From contig NW_021835962.1 in NCBI RefSeq assembly GCF_006345805.1, positions 1 to 64,000 on the forward strand: a stretch of DNA of 64,000 nucleotides. Reading direction: 5' to 3'. Under the pieces are notes generated by a model. That model made no database searches, was not told where the DNA came from, and saw only the letters and a program-made list of their open reading frames with translations. Each line of letters starts with the position of its first letter. The first letter of the stretch is position 1. This document shows positions 61,349 to 64,000 of this stretch, in pieces. The stretch comes from Octopus sinensis (lineage: Eukaryota). Both the position numbers and the translations under genes were made by a program.

Positions 61349-61927
61349 GGATTGAATTTTTAAACTCCTTAGATCTCTCTGGAATGCCGAATCATCTTTT
61401 AAATTTAAAGATAGGCGTTCCAGTGGTTTTATTACGAAATCTTGCGCCACCTAAATTATGCAACGGAACGAGGTTAGTTATCAAAAATTTGATGGCTAAC
61501 GTAATAGAGGCGACAATATTAACAGGTAAGTATAGAGGTGAGGATGTTTATATTCCACGAATTCCGATAATTTTTGATGAATTACCATTTAGATTTAAAT
61601 GGCTGCAATTTCCTTTGAGGATGAGTTTTGCAATGACAATAAACAAGGCCCAGGGACAGTCATTAAAGGTAGTTGGGTTATTTTTAGAGAATGAGTGCTT
61701 TTCACATGGACAGCTGTATGTGGGATGCTCGAGGGTAGACAGAAGAGAAAATTTATTCATATATGCCAAGGAAGGACGGACGACAAACATCGTTTATCAA
61801 CAGGCGATAGAATAGGGTTACATTAAACCAGGTAGTTTTATACATCTACATAAACTTATCGTTGTTTGATGAAACAGGCCCTCCGCAGGAGCTAGGTCGC
61901 GGTGAGCGAAGCGAGCTGCCGAGCTAG
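61349..61927 (+). mobile_element. Helitron 3' end with PIF1-like helicase C-terminus
   Basis: [51 protein letters not shown]-rich terminal segment followed by CTAG|T at 61924-61928. Confidence 0.88.
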
Positions 61928-61977
61928 TACTTTAATATTGTTTATTGTTATTTTGATTCCTTTTGTTCACTATAGAC

Positions 61978-62369
61978 CACAGGTTTTCAAACACTGCGCC
62001 GCGGCACATTTTTGTGCCGCGGGACGATATAAAATGTGCCGCGTGAAGATCTATATTTACTTATTTTTTGTTTAATTTTTAACTTAAAAATTATTTATTA
62101 TGAAACAATTATAATAAATTATAATCACGTTGCTATTTGTTATGTCTGTGGATCGGAGTATTCGTCATTACAAATCATCTTTTTTATCTATGGGTTTTGA
62201 CTGTTGTGGCACTGGAAATAGTTTACCACAGTGCATGATTTGCATGGAGGTGTTGTCGAATGAATCAATGGTTCCATCTAAACTTCGTAGACATTCTTCA
62301 TCTAAGCACCCGGAATACAAAGATTATTCAATTGATTATTTTAAAGAATTAAGCAAAAAACATAGGTAG
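61978..62369 (+). mobile_element. Buster/ZBED5-like hAT 5' end
   Basis: CACAGGTTTTCAAAC terminus. LPQCMICMEVLSNESMVPSKLRRH. Confidence 0.85.
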
Positions 62370-62385
62370 TGTTAATAATTATATA

Positions 62386-63337
62386 CACACCCCTCGTCAC
62401 CGAAAACCGGACAAGCGATTTTTTATGATTTTATTAATTAAATACAAAAAGTCAAAAACTTACGCTTAATATTTTTACTTAATAATAATAATTGTGTATT
62501 AATTATTAATTATGCTATTATAGAACTAATATTTAAAGCAGAATTTCAATTTAGTTATGACATGTAAAACCGGACAAAACTTTTATAGATCTAAAAGTCG
62601 TTGAAAAGAAGCTAAAAATGTATAGTCAAAGAAGAAGTCACCTTTCATATTTCCTGAAAGAACAAATTATTGCATTTTATAATCATAATATGACTTATCG
62701 AATGATTCCTGCAAGTTTAGGAGTCCCAAAATCAACTGTATCAGATGTGATTCAGAAATTCAAAAAAACTGGATAAATTAACAGACATCCGGGAACTGAA
62801 AGAAAGAAAATATTGAAAGAGGAAGAAATTTTGATTTTAGTAGAACTATCAAATAATACCCATAATAAAAGTGCCAAAACTCTTAGCATCGAAATTAAAA
62901 CTATGTTCAAAAAAAATTTCAACAAGAATAGTATCTCGAATTTTCAATAAGAAAGGATTATATGGCCGAGCTGCTAAAAGAAAACCTCTTTTATCCACAA
63001 AAATATAATTTTAAGACGTGAAATTACGAAATCATTTTTAAGCATTTCCGACGAGACATGGAAGTCGGTAATTTTTACTGATGAATGGTCTTTTGATATT
63101 TTTAATACCAATAAGCATCAAATAATGTATAGAGAAAATGGTTCTGCATACAAAAAATGCAATATTATCCCAACTGTAAAATTCGGTGGTGGAAAAATAA
63201 TAGTCTGGGGCAGTTTCTCGTATAACGGAGTCGGTAATCTTGTTTTTATTGACGGAATTCTTAATAGCGCAAAATATATTAATATTTTATCCAATAATAT
63301 ATTCGAATGTGCCAAAAAATTCGGGATAGACCATTTA
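62386..63337 (+). mobile_element. Tc1 element A, interrupted before its second catalytic Asp
   Basis: TA|CACACCCCTCGTCACCGAAAACCGGACA, with inner repeat aaaaccggaca at 62566. VPKSTVSDVI, VIFTDE, TVKFGGGKIIVWG. Confidence 0.85.
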
Positions 63338-64000
63338 CAGTGGGCGCAAAAAAAATCCGGTTTTCTTATTTTTCGAATTTTTCAATATAAATTTTATATT
63401 TTTTTTTTTAATTTAGTATCATTTTGAAATGTAAATCGAGTATGTTTTTAATTTTAAGTATTTTTTTATTTTTCATAGAGATATCTTGAATTTAATTTTA
63501 AAATGCGCAAAAAAAACTCGGTTTTTTTAATTATTGAGTCTTTTATTCTCAAAAATTTGAAATTGTTGTCATTTTTGTTGTTGTTGGATGTCGTGTATTT
63601 CAGAAATTGTGAAAGGACAAATTATTCAACTTTATTTCCTTAATTGGACATATAAACAAATTTCAGAAGAAGTAGAAATTCCCAGATCAACAGTGGGAGA
63701 TTACATACGTAAATACAAAAAATATGGAACAACACAGAGACTGTCCGGTTCTGGAAGACCTAGGACATTAAATAATGATGATATAAATACTTTATTGACG
63801 CTTGTTTCTGACAATCCGAAAAAATCTTCCCGTTGCCTGTCAAAGGATCTTCATTCTTTGACAGGAAAAATCGTCTCAAAACGAACAATTGGGAATTATC
63901 TGAAACAAAGGAAATATATTCACGTGTGTGTCAAAAAAAACCGTATCTGTCTAAAATTAATATCGAAAAACGATATTCCTTGTCAAAAAATTTATCGCAC
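63338..64000 (+). mobile_element. Tc1 element B, runs off the window
   Basis: TA|CAGTGGGCGCAAAAAAAATCCGG, with inner repeat at 63505-63525. IPRSTVGDYIRKY..SGSGRPR paired-like HTH. Confidence 0.85.

Noticed and set aside
61044-61355. Phe-rich ORF as a membrane protein
   Set aside because: The hydrophobicity comes from T-rich low-complexity DNA.
1-64000. Uni-strand piRNA-cluster-like organisation
   Set aside because: TE fragments occur on both strands with no evident orientation bias.
1-64000. Prokaryotic or microsporidian origin of the window
   Set aside because: Dense spliceosomal introns, a TGF-beta receptor and DNAL4 are not compatible with either.

Overview
AT-rich eukaryotic nuclear DNA, mostly nested and decayed transposable elements. 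These include 13 CRE-like RT/RLE retroelement pieces, APE-type LINEs, R4/Dong-like and RTE-like pieces, pogo/Tigger, Tc1, mariner, hAT, Merlin, Ginger and Helitron. Only two host loci look intact: POLR1C/AC40 (58564-59709, seven GT-AG introns of 22-27 nt, 322 aa spliced) and tRNA-His-GTG (48064-48135, minus). Several intron-bearing gene copies are damaged or very diverged: a type II TGF-beta receptor kinase, DNAL4, a proteasome beta subunit, LRR-TM paralogs, a cathepsin L-like gene and ABCF3. Tiny introns, a TGF-beta receptor and an axonemal dynein light chain point to a reduced, ciliated metazoan parasite; a dicyemid mesozoan is my best guess (inference). Top leads: an intronless ~370-codon orphan resembling an endogenized negative-strand RNA virus nucleoprotein, a Ginger-type TIR element with telomere-like repeats and provable boundaries, a 2A-like motif ahead of a LINE endonuclease, a TSD-bounded Merlin element with a duplicated 3' end, a 44-bp-stem hairpin and a GC-skew flip inside POLR1C. 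Family assignments come from motif recognition by eye; no searches were run.
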